From the human T2T-CHM13v2.0 reference genome, Homo sapiens, in NCBI RefSeq assembly GCF_009914755.1, contig NC_060925.1: a DNA stretch of 64,000 bases, one strand, 5' to 3'. How positions within the stretch are numbered: position 1 is the stretch's first letter; the number at the start of each line of letters is the position of its first letter. Positions 43,326-58,411 of this stretch are shown here, piece by piece. Below the pieces are notes generated by a model that worked only from the letters and a program-made list of their open reading frames with translations, did not search any database and had not been told where the DNA came from. Position numbers and translations under genes: made by a program.

Positions 43326-45111
43326 CACTAAAACCACTGAATTGTACAATTAAAAACATAAAATAAACACACACACACACACACGAAAGAATTCCTCCTT
43401 GACTAATGGATTTATTAGAAATGTGTAATAGTTTCCAAGTGTTTGGAGATTTTCCTCTTATCTTTCTGTCATCAGATAGCACACCCTGTATGATTTAAAT
43501 TCTATTAAATTTATTGATATTTGTTTTAGGGATAGTTGCTGATATTTGATTTAAGGATATATATAGTCTGTATAGAATTTCATGGACACTTGAAAAGAAT
43601 GTATATTTTGCTGTTGTTGGGTGGTGTTCTATAAATGTCAATTACATACTATTGGTTAATAGGGTGCTCGTATTTTCTATATATATCCTAATTTCATATC
43701 TAGTTGTTCTAATTTCCTGTCTAGTTGATAGAGAGAAGTATTGACATCTCCAACTATATTTGTAGATTTGCCTATCTCTCATTTCAGTTTTCTGTCCATA
43801 TATTTTGTTGCTTTATTGTTTAATGCATCCCCATTTAGAATGGCTATGCCTTATTAGTAGATTGAAACTTTTATCATGATATAACATCTCTCTCCACCTC
43901 TGATAATTCCCTTTGTGCTGAAATTTCCTTTATCAGATATTCATACAGCTACTCAATCCTACTTTTAACTAATTTTTGTATGATACATATTTTTCCATCA
44001 TTTTATTTTCAATTTGCCTATAACATTCTATTTGAAATTAGTTTATTGTTAACAACGCATAGCTGAATAAAGTTTTGAAGCCCAATTTGCCAATCTCTTT
44101 CTTATAACTGGCATATTTAGACCATTTACTGTAAATTTTAATGTAATTATAGACAGGTTAATGCTTAGGACTACCATTTTATTTTTTGTTTTCTGTTAGA
44201 TTCCTGTTTTTTTCTTTCATTGTTTTCTTCTCTTGATTTCCTATGGGTTACTTAAACATTTTTGGAATTCCATTTAGATTTATCTATAGTGAGGTTTTCT
44301 CCCTCAGTTTTCCTGACATATAATTAGCATACACAAAAAGCCTAAACATAATTATGTATGGACATATGTATTACTTGTGTTACTATGTCCATAATCAAGG
44401 TAATAAATATATCCATCACCTCTAAAAGTTCTTTTGGTTGTCTTGTGTCATTTTTATTTTCTTTTGTTTGTTTGTGGTAAGAACACTTAACATGAGATCT
44501 ACTCACTTAATAAACTTTTAAGTTTACAATACATTATTGCAAGCTTTAGGCTCTATGTTGTACCACAATTTGTAGGAACTTCCTCATCTTGCATAACTGG
44601 GTATTTGTAAACCTTGAACAACACTTCCCACGGTGTCCTCCCTATCCCCTGGTAAACATGATTTGATTATCTACTGCTGTAAATTTGACTATGTTAGATG
44701 CTTCACATAGGAGAAATCATCCGGTATTTGTCCTTCCATGACTGACCTGTTTCACCTTGCAGAGTATCTTTCAGGTCCATCCATATTGTCACAAATGGTA
44801 GGATTTCCTTCTTTTTTTAAGGCTAAACAATATTCAATTGTGTATGTATAGTTTATTTCTGTATTCATCTCTCCGTGAACGTGCAGGCTGTTTCTGTCTC
44901 TTGGCCATTATGAATAATGTTACAATCAACATGGAATACTGTTTAAGATCCTGATTTTAATTGTTTCTTATATAGACCCAGAAGTAGAAATGCTGGATCA
45001 TATGATAGCTCTATTTGTACTTTGTTGAGAAACCTCCATAATGTTTCCATAATAGCTGTACCATTTTACGTTGCCACCAACAGTGTACAAAGGTTTCAAT
45101 TTCTCCAACAC

Positions 45112-45382
45112 TTTTTTTTAAGAGACAGGGTCTTGCTCTGTCACCCAGGCTGGTGTGCCACTGGCAAAATTGTAGCTCATTGCAGCCTCAAACTCCTGGA
45201 CTCAAGCAATTCTCTCACCTTAGCCTCCCAAATAGCTGAGACTACAAGTGCACGCCACACCTGGTTAATTTCTTAAATTTTTTGTAGAGACAGGGTCTTG
45301 TTATGTTGTCCAGGTTAGTCTTGAACTCCTGGCCTCAAGTGATCCTTCTGCCTCAGCCTCCCAAAACACTGGAATTACAGGC
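45112..45382 (-). mobile_element. AluJ (Jo/Jr-like), slightly 5'-truncated
   Basis: agagacagggtcttgctctg...tgcagcctcaaactcctgg...tgtagagacagggtctt. Confidence 0.9.
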
Positions 45383-48300
45383 TGCTTTGTTGTGTTTTAA
45401 TAATAGCCATCCTAGGAAGTATGCAATGGTATCTCCTCATTCTTTGATTTTCATTTCTCATATGATTAGTAGTGTTATCTTTTCATATATCTTTTTTATG
45501 TATTCATTTTTATGTATTCTTTGGAGAAATGTCTATTCAAGTCTGTTAACCATTCCTTATTCGGGTTATTTTTTGTTTGTTTGTCTTTGCTATTAAGGTA
45601 TAAGAGTTCCTTATATAATTTAGAAATTTACCCCTCATTAAATAAATGATTTGCCAATATTTTCTCCTAGTCTATAAGTTGCCATTTCACTCTGTTGATT
45701 GTTTCCCTTGCTGTGTAGCAGCTTTTTAGTTTGATGTAGTCTTAATGGACTGTTTTTGCTTTTGTTGATTGTGTTTTTAGTGGGATATTGGAGAAACCAT
45801 TGCCAAGACCGATGTCAAGAAGGTTTTCCCCTTTTTCCTTCTAGAAGTTTTATAGATTCAGATCTTACCTTTAAGATTTTAATTCTTTTTTGAGTATAGT
45901 GTAAGACAAAGGTCCAATTTCATTCTTTTTGATATGGATATCCAGTTTTCTCAACATCATCTATTGAAGAGAATATCTTTTCTCTGCTGTGTATTCTTGG
46001 CACCCTTGCTGAAAATTAGTTGAACATATATCCATGGGTTTATTTCTAGGTTCTGTATTCCGTTCTATTGTTCTATATGTCTACTTGTATGCCAGTACTA
46101 CACTGTTTTAATTACTATAGATTTGTAACGTATTTTGAAACCAGTAAGTGTGATGCCTCCAGCTTTATTTGGTTTTTGTGTTTGTTTTGCTTAAGATTGT
46201 TTTGGCTATTCAGGATCTTTTGTGGTGCCATATTAATTTTAGGATTTTTTTCCATTTCTGTAAAAAAGTACTTAGGTATTTTGATAGGAATTGATCAAAT
46301 CTGCATTGCTTTGGGTGGGATAGACATTTTAACAATACTAATTTTTTAGTCCATGAACCCAGGATACCTTCCAACTTATTTATGTCTACTTTAGTTTTTC
46401 CATTAGTGTTTTATAGTTTTCAGTGTACAAGTTTTCACCTCCTTGGATAGGTTTATTCCTATGTATTTTATTCTTTCTGGTGCTATTTTAAATGAGATTG
46501 CTTTCTTAATTTCCTTTTCAGATTTTTTATTATTAATGTATAAAAATGTAACTGAGTTATGTGTAACTTTACTAAATTCGTTTATTAATTCTAACAGTAT
46601 TCTTGTAGCATGTTTTAAGGTTTTCAACATATAAGACCATGCCACCTGCAAGTAGAGATAATTTTACTTCTTCCATCCTAACTTTCATGGCATTTATTTA
46701 TTTGTTTAGTCCCATTGCTTTGGCTTGGACTTCCAATACTATGTTGAATAGAGGCATCTTTACCTTGTTCCATATCTTAGGAAAAAAAACTTAAAAGTTT
46801 TTCACTGTTGAGTATGATGTTAACTGTGGGCTTTTTATATATAGTCCTTATATTGCATTGAGGGAAACTCTTTCCATACATAATTGTTGAGAGCTTTTTT
46901 AATCATAAAAGGTGTTGAATTTTTGTCAAATGTTTTTCTGCATCTATGGAGATAATTGTGTGATTTTTATTATTCATTCTGTTAATGTGGTGCATCACAT
47001 TGATTGATTTGCATAGGTTGAACCATCCATGGCTCCCAGAGACAAATCTCTCTCAGCCACAGTGTGTGATCCTTTCAATGTACTGTTGGATTCAGTTTCT
47101 TAATACCTTGGTGAAAATTGCTGTATCCATGTTCATCACAGATATTGACCTGTAGTTTTCTTGTGTTGTTTTTGCCTGGCTTTGGTAGCAGTGTAATGCT
47201 GGACTTATAACATGAGTTTAGAAGTGTTCGCTCTTCTTTTTGGGGGGCAGAATTTAAAAATAATTGGTATTAATGCTTTAAAATTCATATATAAAGCCAT
47301 CTGACCCTGGACTTTTCTCATTAGAGAGGAATTTGATTACATAATCAACCTCCTTATTTGTTATAGGTATGTTCAAGCATTCTATTTTTTCTTGATTTAT
47401 TCTTGGGAGGTTGTATGTTTCTGGGAATTTATTTATCATTTCTTCTAAGTTGTCCACTTTGTTGGAGTATGTTTTAAATGAGTCTCAAAATCTTTTTTAT
47501 ATCTGTGGCATTAATTGTAATGTCTCTTCTTTCATTTCTGAGTTTAAGTCTTCTTTTTTTCTGTGTTATTATTGCTGAGTTTGTCTATCTTGTTTGTCTT
47601 TTTAAAAAGCCAACTGAATTTTGTTGAATTTCTTTGCTATTCCGTATTTCATTTATTTTTGCCCTGATCTTTGTTTCTTTATTTCTGCCAATTTTAGGTT
47701 TAGTTTGTTAATTTTTCTAGTTCCTTCAGGTGTACAGTTGGTTGAGATCATTTTTTCTTTTTTAAAATAGATTTCACTATAAACCTCCCTTATCATACTG
47801 CTTTTACTTTATCCTATAAGTTTTGGTAGGTTGTGTTTTCACAAATTTTAGTAAGTTCATTTTCACTTGTATCAGTGTTTTATAATTTCTTTTGATTTCT
47901 CTTTTGACTCAATAGTTGTTTAATTTCCTTGCATTTGTGAATTTTCCCAATTTCCTTTTGTTAATGATATCTAGTTTTATTCCATTGTGCTTAGAAAATA
48001 TTCTTGGAATAAATTCAATCATTTTAAATTTCTTAATACTTATATGTGACTATGTCATTTATTCTAAAGAAGGTTCTGTGTGTGCTTGAAAGGAATGTAT
48101 ATTATATTACTGCTGGATTCTGTGTACATGTCTGTTAGGTATATTTGGCCCCCAGTGTTATTCAAGTCTGCTGTTCCCTATCAATTTACTTTCTGGATGA
48201 TCTATCAATTGTTGAAAGTGGGGTATTGAAGTTTTGTATTATTGTGTTTCTGTTTTCTCCTAATAACTGCTAACGTTGCTTCATATATTACATAATTTAA

Positions 48301-48572
48301 TGTTGAGTGCAAATATATTTATATTTGTTATAGCTTCTTGTTGGATTAACCCTTTTATCATTATTTGATGACCTCCTTTGTCTTTTGTAAGTTTTTTAAT
48401 TAAAGCCTACTTTTTTAATAAATGTAGACACTCCTGGTATCCTTTGGTTATGATTAGCAAGAAATATGTTTTTCCATTTCTTTCCCTTCACCAATATGTG
48501 AGGATTTAAATCCAAGGAAAATCTCTTGCAGACAGCATATAGTTGGGTCTCGGTTTTTTAAAAATCCATTCA

Positions 48573-48884
<312 letters not shown>

Positions 48885-49906
48885 TTATCTTTTAACTGGT
48901 GAGTTTAATCCATTTACACTTAAAATAATTATTAATAGTAAGGCTAATGATTACCATTTTATTGTTTTGTTTTGTAGTTCTCTTGTTCTTCTTCTCTTGT
49001 AGTCTTTCTCTGTGGCTTGATAATTTTTATACTGCTATGCTTTGATGCTATTTTATCTTTTGTGTATCTACCATAGGTTTTTTCTTTGTTATCATGAGGT
49101 TTGTATCAAACCTCTTAATAAAGTCTATTTTAAGCTGCTATAAATTATTGTCAAACACATGTACATTTCTGCACTTTTACTGTCCCCTCCCATATTTTGT
49201 CACTGATATCATACTTTTCATATTGTATATTCAGTAACAAATTTTGTTTAGACTTAATATTTTGTTTCAATTGAAACAATAAAAAATAATAATAATAAAA
49301 TAAATTTTGTTTCAATTCAAAAAACTTCCTTCAGCACTTCTTGTAAGGTAGGCCTAGTGGTGATGAACTCCTTCAATTTTTGTTTATCTGTAAATGTCTT
49401 TATCTCTCTTTTATTTTTTGAATAAGCATTTTGCTAGGCATAGTATTTTTGGTTGTCACGTTTTGGGTTTTTTATTGTTGTTTATATGGTGTTCTGAATA
49501 TACCATCTCATTTTCTTCCAGCCCACAAGGTTTCTGATGTATCTTGATGTAAATTTCTTTCATTTCTATCTACGTGCAGATTTTTGGGCTGCCTAAGTAT
49601 AGGTATCCATTTCTTTCTCCAGATTTGTGACGTGTTCAGTCATTATTTTATACACTTTCTTCCCTCTTTTCTCTCTGTCTCTCTTAACTTTGTAAGATAT
49701 CCATAATGCGTTATATTGTTTTACTTGATGGTGTCTCATCAGTCCCATAGAGTTTCTTCACACTTTTTTTTTCTTTTCTTTTCGTCTCTCTGACTGGACA
49801 CTTTCAAATGACCTGTCTTTAATTTCACTAATTCTTTCTTCTGCTTGACTGAGTCTACTGTTGAAACTCTCTATTGAATTTTTCAGTTAATTCATTATAA
49901 CACTGA

Positions 49907-50414
<508 letters not shown>

Positions 50415-52738
50415 TGAGGCAGTTAGCAGATTTCCATTTCTTTAGGTTTGGTTGCTAGAGAGAGCTTTATTAGTTTCCTTTAGTTTCCTTTGATGGTAGA
50501 ATGTTTCCCTTATTCTTCATTGTCCTTAAATACTTACGTTGGTGCTTGTGCATTTTAAGAAGCAGTTACATCTAAAACAATCTTCTCATCTTCATAGGCT
50601 GGCTTTAGGAATTAAAGGTCTTCACCAGTCAGTGCACCCTGGGATTCTGGGGCTCTGACTGGTGTCTATGGCTGGTGAAGCCTGCTGACCAGCGTCTACT
50701 GGCTCTGAAGTCAGATGAGGCCGATGGGGTCCAAGGTCAGGTGAGGCCAGCTGGTCTGCTGGGGCCAAATGGAAGAAGATGTTGTTAGGTGAAGATGATG
50801 ACAGGTCTACAGTCAGTCAAGGCCAATGGTAGGGGCTATGGGGCTACTGCCAATATCTGTTTGCCCACCACTAACAGCTCTACCCTCCCTCTTTTTTTGT
50901 TGTTGTTGTTCCTAGTTGTCCCGTGATGATTTAGCTGTGCTAATTCTCCCATATTCTGACTGAGGCAAGATAGAAGTGCACTTCTCAGGCAACACCCTGA
51001 AATGCTGAGGAAAATGAACATTCATCTCAGACTCTCCTTCCCCCACTGGATAAATGGGAGGCCAAAAAGATCCTTCTCACTGTGATGCTCTGCTAGCTTG
51101 GGGAAAGGGTGACACAAGTAAAGTAAAATTGTTCCTTTTATCCTTTTAACATTCTTCCCCAGATTTTGCACTCTACTGGGTGCTGTAACCTCTCCCCTGG
51201 GTTCTGGAATTCTCACAAAGGCATTATTATCCATGAATAGTTACTAAATTGGTGCTTCTGAGGGAGGGCTAGAACTGAGAATCTCCTATTCTTCCATCTT
51301 GCTGACATCACACTCCTCTCTATATATTGTTTTTGTATATCTCTTTGTACAGCTTTCTTAGTAGATGCTTTAACATACCACAGTCAACTAATGTCACAAC
51401 CATGTAATGTCACCAATTTACCAGATCAGGTGAAGTATGGAAACCTTATCCCTCTTAACATCCCTTTACACTCCTGTTTATAATTCTTAAGTATACATTC
51501 TATATATATTTAGAACAACCTGAGACAGTGTTATAATTTTTGCTTACACAGTATTTATAATACTCAAGAGAAAGAAAGTGTATTTCGTTTACCCATATTT
51601 TTGCTTACCATGTTCTTTCTTCCTTCCTGATATTCCACAGCCTTCTTTTATCATTTTCTTTCTATGTAGAGCGCTTCCTTTAGCTATTATTTTAGGGGAG
51701 GTATGCTAGTAATAGATTCTCTTAGTTTTCCTCTATCTGAGTATATATTAATTCCTTCTTCATTCCTGAGGAATATTTTCATTGTCATAGAATTATGATT
51801 TGATAGTGTTATTTTCTTTCTGAGCTTGAAAAATATTTTGCAACTTGCTTATATTCTTTACAGTTTTTGGTGCAAAATTTTGTCACTCTCATTGTTTTTC
51901 ACCTATAGGTAAAGTGTTGTCTTTCTTGTTTTCCAGATTTTTTTCTTTGCCTTCAGTTTTAAGAAGTTTAATTAAGATATTTTTTGGCATTGGATTTCTT
52001 TGGGCTGATTTGGGGTTTTCTCAGCTTCTTAAATCTGCATTTATGTCTATTGCAACATTTGGGAAGTTTTTAGCCATTATTTCTTAATCAGGCACCTTTT
52101 CAGTGCTGCACTCTGTTTTCTCGAGACTCTGATGACATGAAAGTTATATCTTTTATTATAATTCCATGGACACCTGAAGCTATGTTCATTTCTCAGTATT
52201 TTTTTTTCTGTTGTTTATGTAGGGGTTATAGCTCCTGTGTGGTCTTAATTGGCACAGCTTTAGGGGTAGCCTTGTTATCACCCAGCAATGGTAAAAGTCT
52301 TGATCTCCATTAGTGTCAGAGGAGTCTGACACCACCTCAGCAGGGAGGGGCAGGAATGTTGTACTACAATGGGTTAGTAAGGGCTTATAACTGGCCAACA
52401 GAAATGAAATCCCTGGTTCCTTACTTGGCCTCCTTTGACATCACCCTACAGGGTGTTGGGTTGCTTCACTTGAGTCTCAAAAAGGTAGAGGTCTAAACTC
52501 CCCACCCAGACTTTGCTGCATGGGCGAATGTGAGACCACAGATTTTTCTGTACTTTGACTGCAGTAGAGTGGTTATTTTCTAAAAGTTATCAGTCTTGCT
52601 ATGTTGATCCTTTCCTGTTCATTTAGATAGAGAGAGCAGGCTTCTGTTACTTTTTTTAATATGTATTTTTTTGTTTGCACCCTTTGTCCCTTCTGTGTTG
52701 CTGAACTTTGTCAGCTTCAGGTTTTGGATATATGAAGG

Positions 52739-53042
52739 TGTAGGGGTTCTTTCAGCTGCTAAGTATGTCTATGCCAATTATGTAGGCTGGCACTGGGGAA
52801 ATGACTGGCCTAGCCTCCCAGCCTACATCTTTCTCCTGTGCTGGATGCTTCCTGCCCTCAAACATTGGACTCCAAGTTCTTCAGTTTTGAGACCCAGACT
52901 GGATCTCCTTGCTCCTCAAGCTTGCAGACAGCCTATTGTGGGACCTTGTGATCATGTAAGTTAATACTTAATAAACTCCTCTTTATATATATATCTATCT
53001 ATCCTATTAGTTCTGTCCCTCTGGGGAACCCTGACTAATAAA
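52739..53042 (+). mobile_element. Chimeric HERV-L insertion: inverted internal (protease) fragment 52739-52802 plus the 3' half of an MLT2A LTR 52803-53042
   Basis: gactggcctagcctcccagcctacatc...gaaccctgactaata matches MLT2A; reverse strand of the 5' part reads ISPVPAYIIGIDILSS*KNPY. Confidence 0.8.
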
Positions 53043-54165
53043 GAAGAAGAAAAACAAACCAGGAAAATGAAGAATTTACCACTGTGTCATTCCTTGCGTT
53101 TCAACTGTTCTATCGAGTCTGCCTCTTCTCTTTACCTTTTTAGTCTCCTGATGTTTTGTGTATAATTTTTAAGATATTAATATGTTTATTACATATAATA
53201 TCTTAAGGAATTATATGTTTTACATTATATGTTTTAAGGAACATATATTTTAATGTTTTAGGGAATTAATATGTTTATTACAGATCATACAATTTAATTA
53301 TATAATACATAGTAATTACTACTATATAATGTCCAGGATATTTAATTGTACTTAGCTAGAGGAATATCTACTCTATCTTCTTAGAAATGGAAGCCCTATG
53401 TGCTTATTTTTCCACACATAATTTGTTGACATAAAAATGTTATGTTTTCCTTCCACTATAATATTTTCTATCGATTTATTCTTATATTTATCAAAGTATT
53501 TATGGTATATGTTTTTGCATAATACTATTGTGCACATTAATGGTCAGAACTAAAATATCATTATTGTGGCAGTTACTTTTTATATCAATGAAAGAGTTCC
53601 TATCTATGCCATTTAATGCTTTATATACTGAATTCTACATTGTTTGAAACTAATGTTAAGTATTTGCTTTGTTCTACTTAATATATATTTGCTTAGCATT
53701 TTATGTTCATCTGTTCACCATTACTTTGGTTTTTGGAATCAATCTTGCCAATAAACAACTTTATTTCAGTTTTTACATTCATTTATAATACACTTACAAT
53801 TTACTTACATTTACATTCAGGTAACATCCATAAATGTAAACATGTAATTTTCATAAGCCATAATCTTACTTTTGACACTTTTATGGTTTTTTTCATATAG
53901 ACTGTTTAACTGTATATTCTTTTTTATCTTTTGTATTTTTTGAAAGCAAAAACACGTTAAATTTTACAAAAATTATTTAATCTATATTACTCTATTGAGT
54001 GAATTATAAATTTACTTTTAAATAGTTTTTGGTAATTATACATATGATTTTTATATTTTGTTTGACATTTACATTAAAAGAACAAATGGATGCTAAATGC
54101 TCAAGCTAAAAATCTCTACCTTAAAATATCAACCTTGTACTGCATTATCAATTTGTTTTTCTCTG

Positions 54166-54660
54166 TGTGACAGAAATATTAGTTGCCTTACAAGAATCTT
54201 CCTTCTTTTTTATTAATAGAATATTGGTTTTGTTTAGGAAGTAAATGTGTCCACTTAAAAATACTCATCAAACCAGATTCCATTCTACCTAGTGGTAGTC
54301 ATGTGAGGCAGTTCCAGTCGTAGAAGTCTATCAAGTAAGACATTTGCAGGAGCTATTATTTCCTAATATAAAATGAACGGACTTCACTGGCATGTGATTT
54401 TTGTTCTCATCAATCCCTTTTTTCTGCCCTAAGCACATTCTTGGATGTGAAGTTCATTGCCTATGAGAGGTAGGGGGACTGTTCACTTGCTAAAGGTGGC
54501 AGAGCAGGAAGCTAGAATAAACTTGGTCCTTCATGATTTCCTTGAGCAACTACAAGGAAGGACTTCCTATATCCTAACTTTCTGTAACATGATGAAAATA
54601 AAATCCTTGTTTAGATGGATTTCTATTACATGTAAACAAAACGCAATACTGGCTGATAGC
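54166..54660 (+). mobile_element. Old MaLR LTR (MLT1H/J-like)
   Basis: tgtgacagaaat start; aaggtggcagagcaggaag; tctattacatgtaaacaaaacgcaatactggctgata end. Confidence 0.6.
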
Positions 54661-56379
54661 ACTGGTTTCTTGCCCATATCACTCTGATCTTTAAAAAGTT
54701 ACATATATACAACAATCAAAATATAAATATATATCCTTCTATGATATGATTTTAGATAACTAAGCACTTCAAATTTGTAAAGTTACTTTGATTTCGTATA
54801 GCAAAGAAGAACCCATGCTTCCTCGTTTTTTTCTGACTCAAAAAATAAAGGTTAGAAATCATTTTATGTCACAATTAAGGATAAAATCCTTCTGGATATT
54901 TTTATTGTGTTATAAGGCACAAGCTTTAATTACACTATTAGATTTGTCTCTTTTCAAATGAGCATATGCTTCTTTAATTTCTATATTCAAGCTCTCCTTG
55001 AATGTAGAATACCAATTATATAAAATAATTGTGTGAACTCTTACAAGGCTCATTATTTTTCTGTTTTCATAATATTCTTATACTCATTAATAAGTGCAAT
55101 GTTCTAAAACATATATTTCAAACATTACTAAATAATTATCTCCATCGGTTCATATTTATTCCTTCTCAAGAGTTATTTTTGTTGCTGTAAATTAAATAAA
55201 ATACAAAACATTTCAATGATCAAAGAATAATCAAAAGAACTTTGCTTAGTGGAAGTAATGAACACAAATTTATAGGTGGCCTCAAAAATTGTTATTCAAA
55301 CAGATTTCTTTAAATCTTCACAACTCATAAAAATCATGTCAGCATTTGGTATGCCTATATCTCTTTAAGTCTTACTCCATTTGTGTTACCGTCCATTCAT
55401 ACTTCTTCACAATGATTTTCTCCAATTATTTCTTCATTTATGACATTTTCAGTCTCTTTCTCTTTCTAATCAAAACTCATTTATCCTCAGTTTATAAATA
55501 TGGTAAGTTATATATTTGGTAAGTTAAAGTGAGGCAAGTACCACTTCACTTTAATAAATCTTTCATAAATTCTATTTCCTATAGTTAAAGCTTTATTTTT
55601 CTTCTGTCCAAAATATTCTCAGTAAAGGTTCTATACTTGGCAGTTATATATAACCCACCACAATTTCATGTCCAACAACTGCAAGCTATTGAAATTCTAA
55701 AGATGCGACATCCTCTTTACCATAAAAAATTCTTCCAATATGTTTTTTTCTTTTCTATTTAATTTTTTTTTTACTCTTACCTGCTGAGATCAATTATCCT
55801 TTATCTTCATTGGTTACACTGCTTTCTACCCACAAAATGAGACAGTGCCCCAAGGTTGTGTCCTTAGTTTTCAGCCTTTATTGATCCCTGTATTTACCTG
55901 AGAGAACTAGGCTTTAACTATGACCCCAAGCAAATACTCCTGAATTTACAATCAAGTCCAGAACACTATTTCTGAATTTTTGTTTTTCATTTCCAATGTC
56001 TAGTTATTATTTCTTCTTTAATATCCTGCCTCAAAGAAGTATGACCAAACTTATCTTTTCACCAAAAGTCTTTAAGTGCTGCCATTTCTGTTAAATAAGT
56101 TCTTTTCTGTCCCAGTTATCCAGCTTCAAAATAGTAGAGGAGTATTTCCACACTTATTCTTCTCCTCTTTCCACACTCAGTGTGAAAAGTACACTCAAAT
56201 CTCTGCACTGTCTGTCATTTGTGATGCAATGTTGACTGCAGACTTGTTGAAATCCCACCTCATGACTCATTTGCTGTCCAATATTGGGTAAGTTCCTAAA
56301 CCTCACTATGCTTCATTTTCTCCTGTAAAATAAGACTAACATTTTTCCACATCCAAGGAAACAATGAGGAATAAATATT

Positions 56380-56675
56380 TTTCAAAAAGGCCTTCCCCAT
56401 CCACCCTAGCTAATGTAGCCCAAATCTCTACCCCTTTCAGTCTGTGTTAATGCCTTACTTTCTTTTCTTTAGCAACTAACACTAGCTGACATTTTATGGT
56501 TGTTTAGTTTTATTTTTGTTTCCAGATTTGTCTATTCTCTGTGCCTTTCCCTTGGACTTAATGAGGACAAGAATTTTGTCAGTATTATTTACCACTGAAT
56601 CTCCAAGTCCCAGACAGTCCTTTTCATATATTAGGTACTCAGTATATACTTGGTGAAAGAATGAAGAAATAAAAT
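56380..56675 (+). mobile_element. L2 3' end
   Basis: atgaggacaagaattttgtc...accactgaatctcca...taggtactcagtatatacttggtgaaagaatgaa. Confidence 0.65.
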
Positions 56676-58087
56676 GTATAAAGCGCCTACCACAATGGCA
56701 TTCACTGAATATGTGTCTGTCCTCTACACTGTGTTCTTTCTTCTTTATTACTGGTATCTGCCTATATCAATCCTAATCACATCATTTTGAACCTACAGTA
56801 ATTGATCCCCTTGCCCTCATTTGGCTTCTATCCTCCATTAATCTGCTAGCAAAATGTTGGGTTGATCACCTTTTAAAAACCTTGTCAATACCATTTATTC
56901 ATAGAGCACTTACTATGAGGGACCTACCCTAATTTTCCTACTCAAATAATTTCAATTAATCTTCATTATATTCATCAAGTCTAAGCTCTTTAGTAGGTCA
57001 TCCAAGTTCTTTCTCAATGCCCACTGCCCAACTTTCCATTACTTCCTTAAATGAATCTGTCACTTCGATTATCCTTAAAAGGGTCATGCCTGTTGCCACC
57101 TTTCATTATGCCATACTACGCAACTGAAGTACCTAAGTGAAATTCTTTATTTAGGGCCCAGGTTAAGATATCAGACTTAAATACTACCTTGTTTTTTATA
57201 TTTTTAACTATTAGTACAAAATTATTACCAAAATCCTAAATTTTTAAAACTATTACAAAATCACTAATATGTCCCTAATTAAAAAAATTATATGCAGTAA
57301 TAAAATTCTTCCAACTTTGTAATTTTCAGTTTTTCCACGCATAATCACTGTTCAATGTTTATATATTCTTTTAGATATACTCACTGTTCAAAATTATGTT
57401 CTATTCTTCCTCAAAATTTCTACACACATATATGTGACTTCACATATCTTTAGAACATATTACAAACATTTCCTGCAACTTATTGTTACTATATCTTGTA
57501 CCTAATTTAACCCCCTCTTTTGAACTCTTAAATGATTTGTTCTAATATTTATTCATGTGTTATAAAGAACGTTTCCTTATGTTTTTGTAAATCCACTTAA
57601 TTAGTCTGTATCCGTTAACTTGGTATCAACTTTTCACAATCACTTCTTCTAACATTTTATAAATCAATAGATAATGATGGTTTTATCTTGTCAAATAACC
57701 AAATCAATTGTGTAAGAATTAAATATTTTATCTTCTAATAATAATCTAAGTCATCCTTTAACGCTCTTAAAAAACATTAAGTATTTCTCAATGGAGTCTT
57801 TCATATACCAAATTCTGAATAAATTAGAGATTTACTTTCAATTTAAAAAACAAAAATTTGTTTCTCTACAATTTGATCATTTCAGGCTTTGTTTAATGTA
57901 GTTGGCATGCAAACTTTTATCAAGTTTCAGATAGAAAGACATTACAAATATATTCATTGGTTTATATTATTTTATATAAATGATGCAAAAATATTAAAAA
58001 GTTTATATAATTTAGATATAGAACTCAGAAGCTAAAATTTCCCTTTTATACATTTAATTAAAATGAAACCCTAAAGAAGCCAATTAC

Positions 58088-58411
58088 CTTTCTCAAAGCT
58101 GGGCAGAAATTAAAGAAAAGTCGATGGTTACATGCTTTGAATCTTTCAGGAAGATGCCAGTTCTGAATTATTTCTTCATCAGAAATCACATGATGATCCA
58201 GCGCTTTGAGAGGCCATATACTGTTAACAAGAACATGTCTATATCCTTTTTTAAGGCTTACTGGACAATCAAACATAGTGAGGGCAATGAGGGTTGGACA
58301 GGCAGATAATACACATATATTCTTTAACTTTGCAAACCCATTGTCATGAAGATAGAGTAGTTTTAGGTTCTTCAATCCATTCCAAAATTTGGTATTTGGT
58401 AGACTCTTTAT
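58088..58411 (-). CDS. LRRIQ3: LRRIQ3 second coding exon (324 nt, 108 codons; IKSLPNTKFW...FCPALRK), LRR plus LRRcap
   Basis: Acceptor atatttcag|ATA at 58412/58411; donor AAG|gtaatt at 58088/58087; in frame with the previous exon (LDLHGNQ|IKSLP); LKLLYLHDN repeat and YRxxLVxxIxxLKxLD LRRcap motif. Confidence 0.93.

Noticed and set aside
53160-53335. Repeated attaatatgtttattaca units with variable spacers, superficially array-like
   Set aside because: AT-rich slippage expansion inside an L1; no constant repeat/spacer period, and the DNA is mammalian, so not CRISPR.
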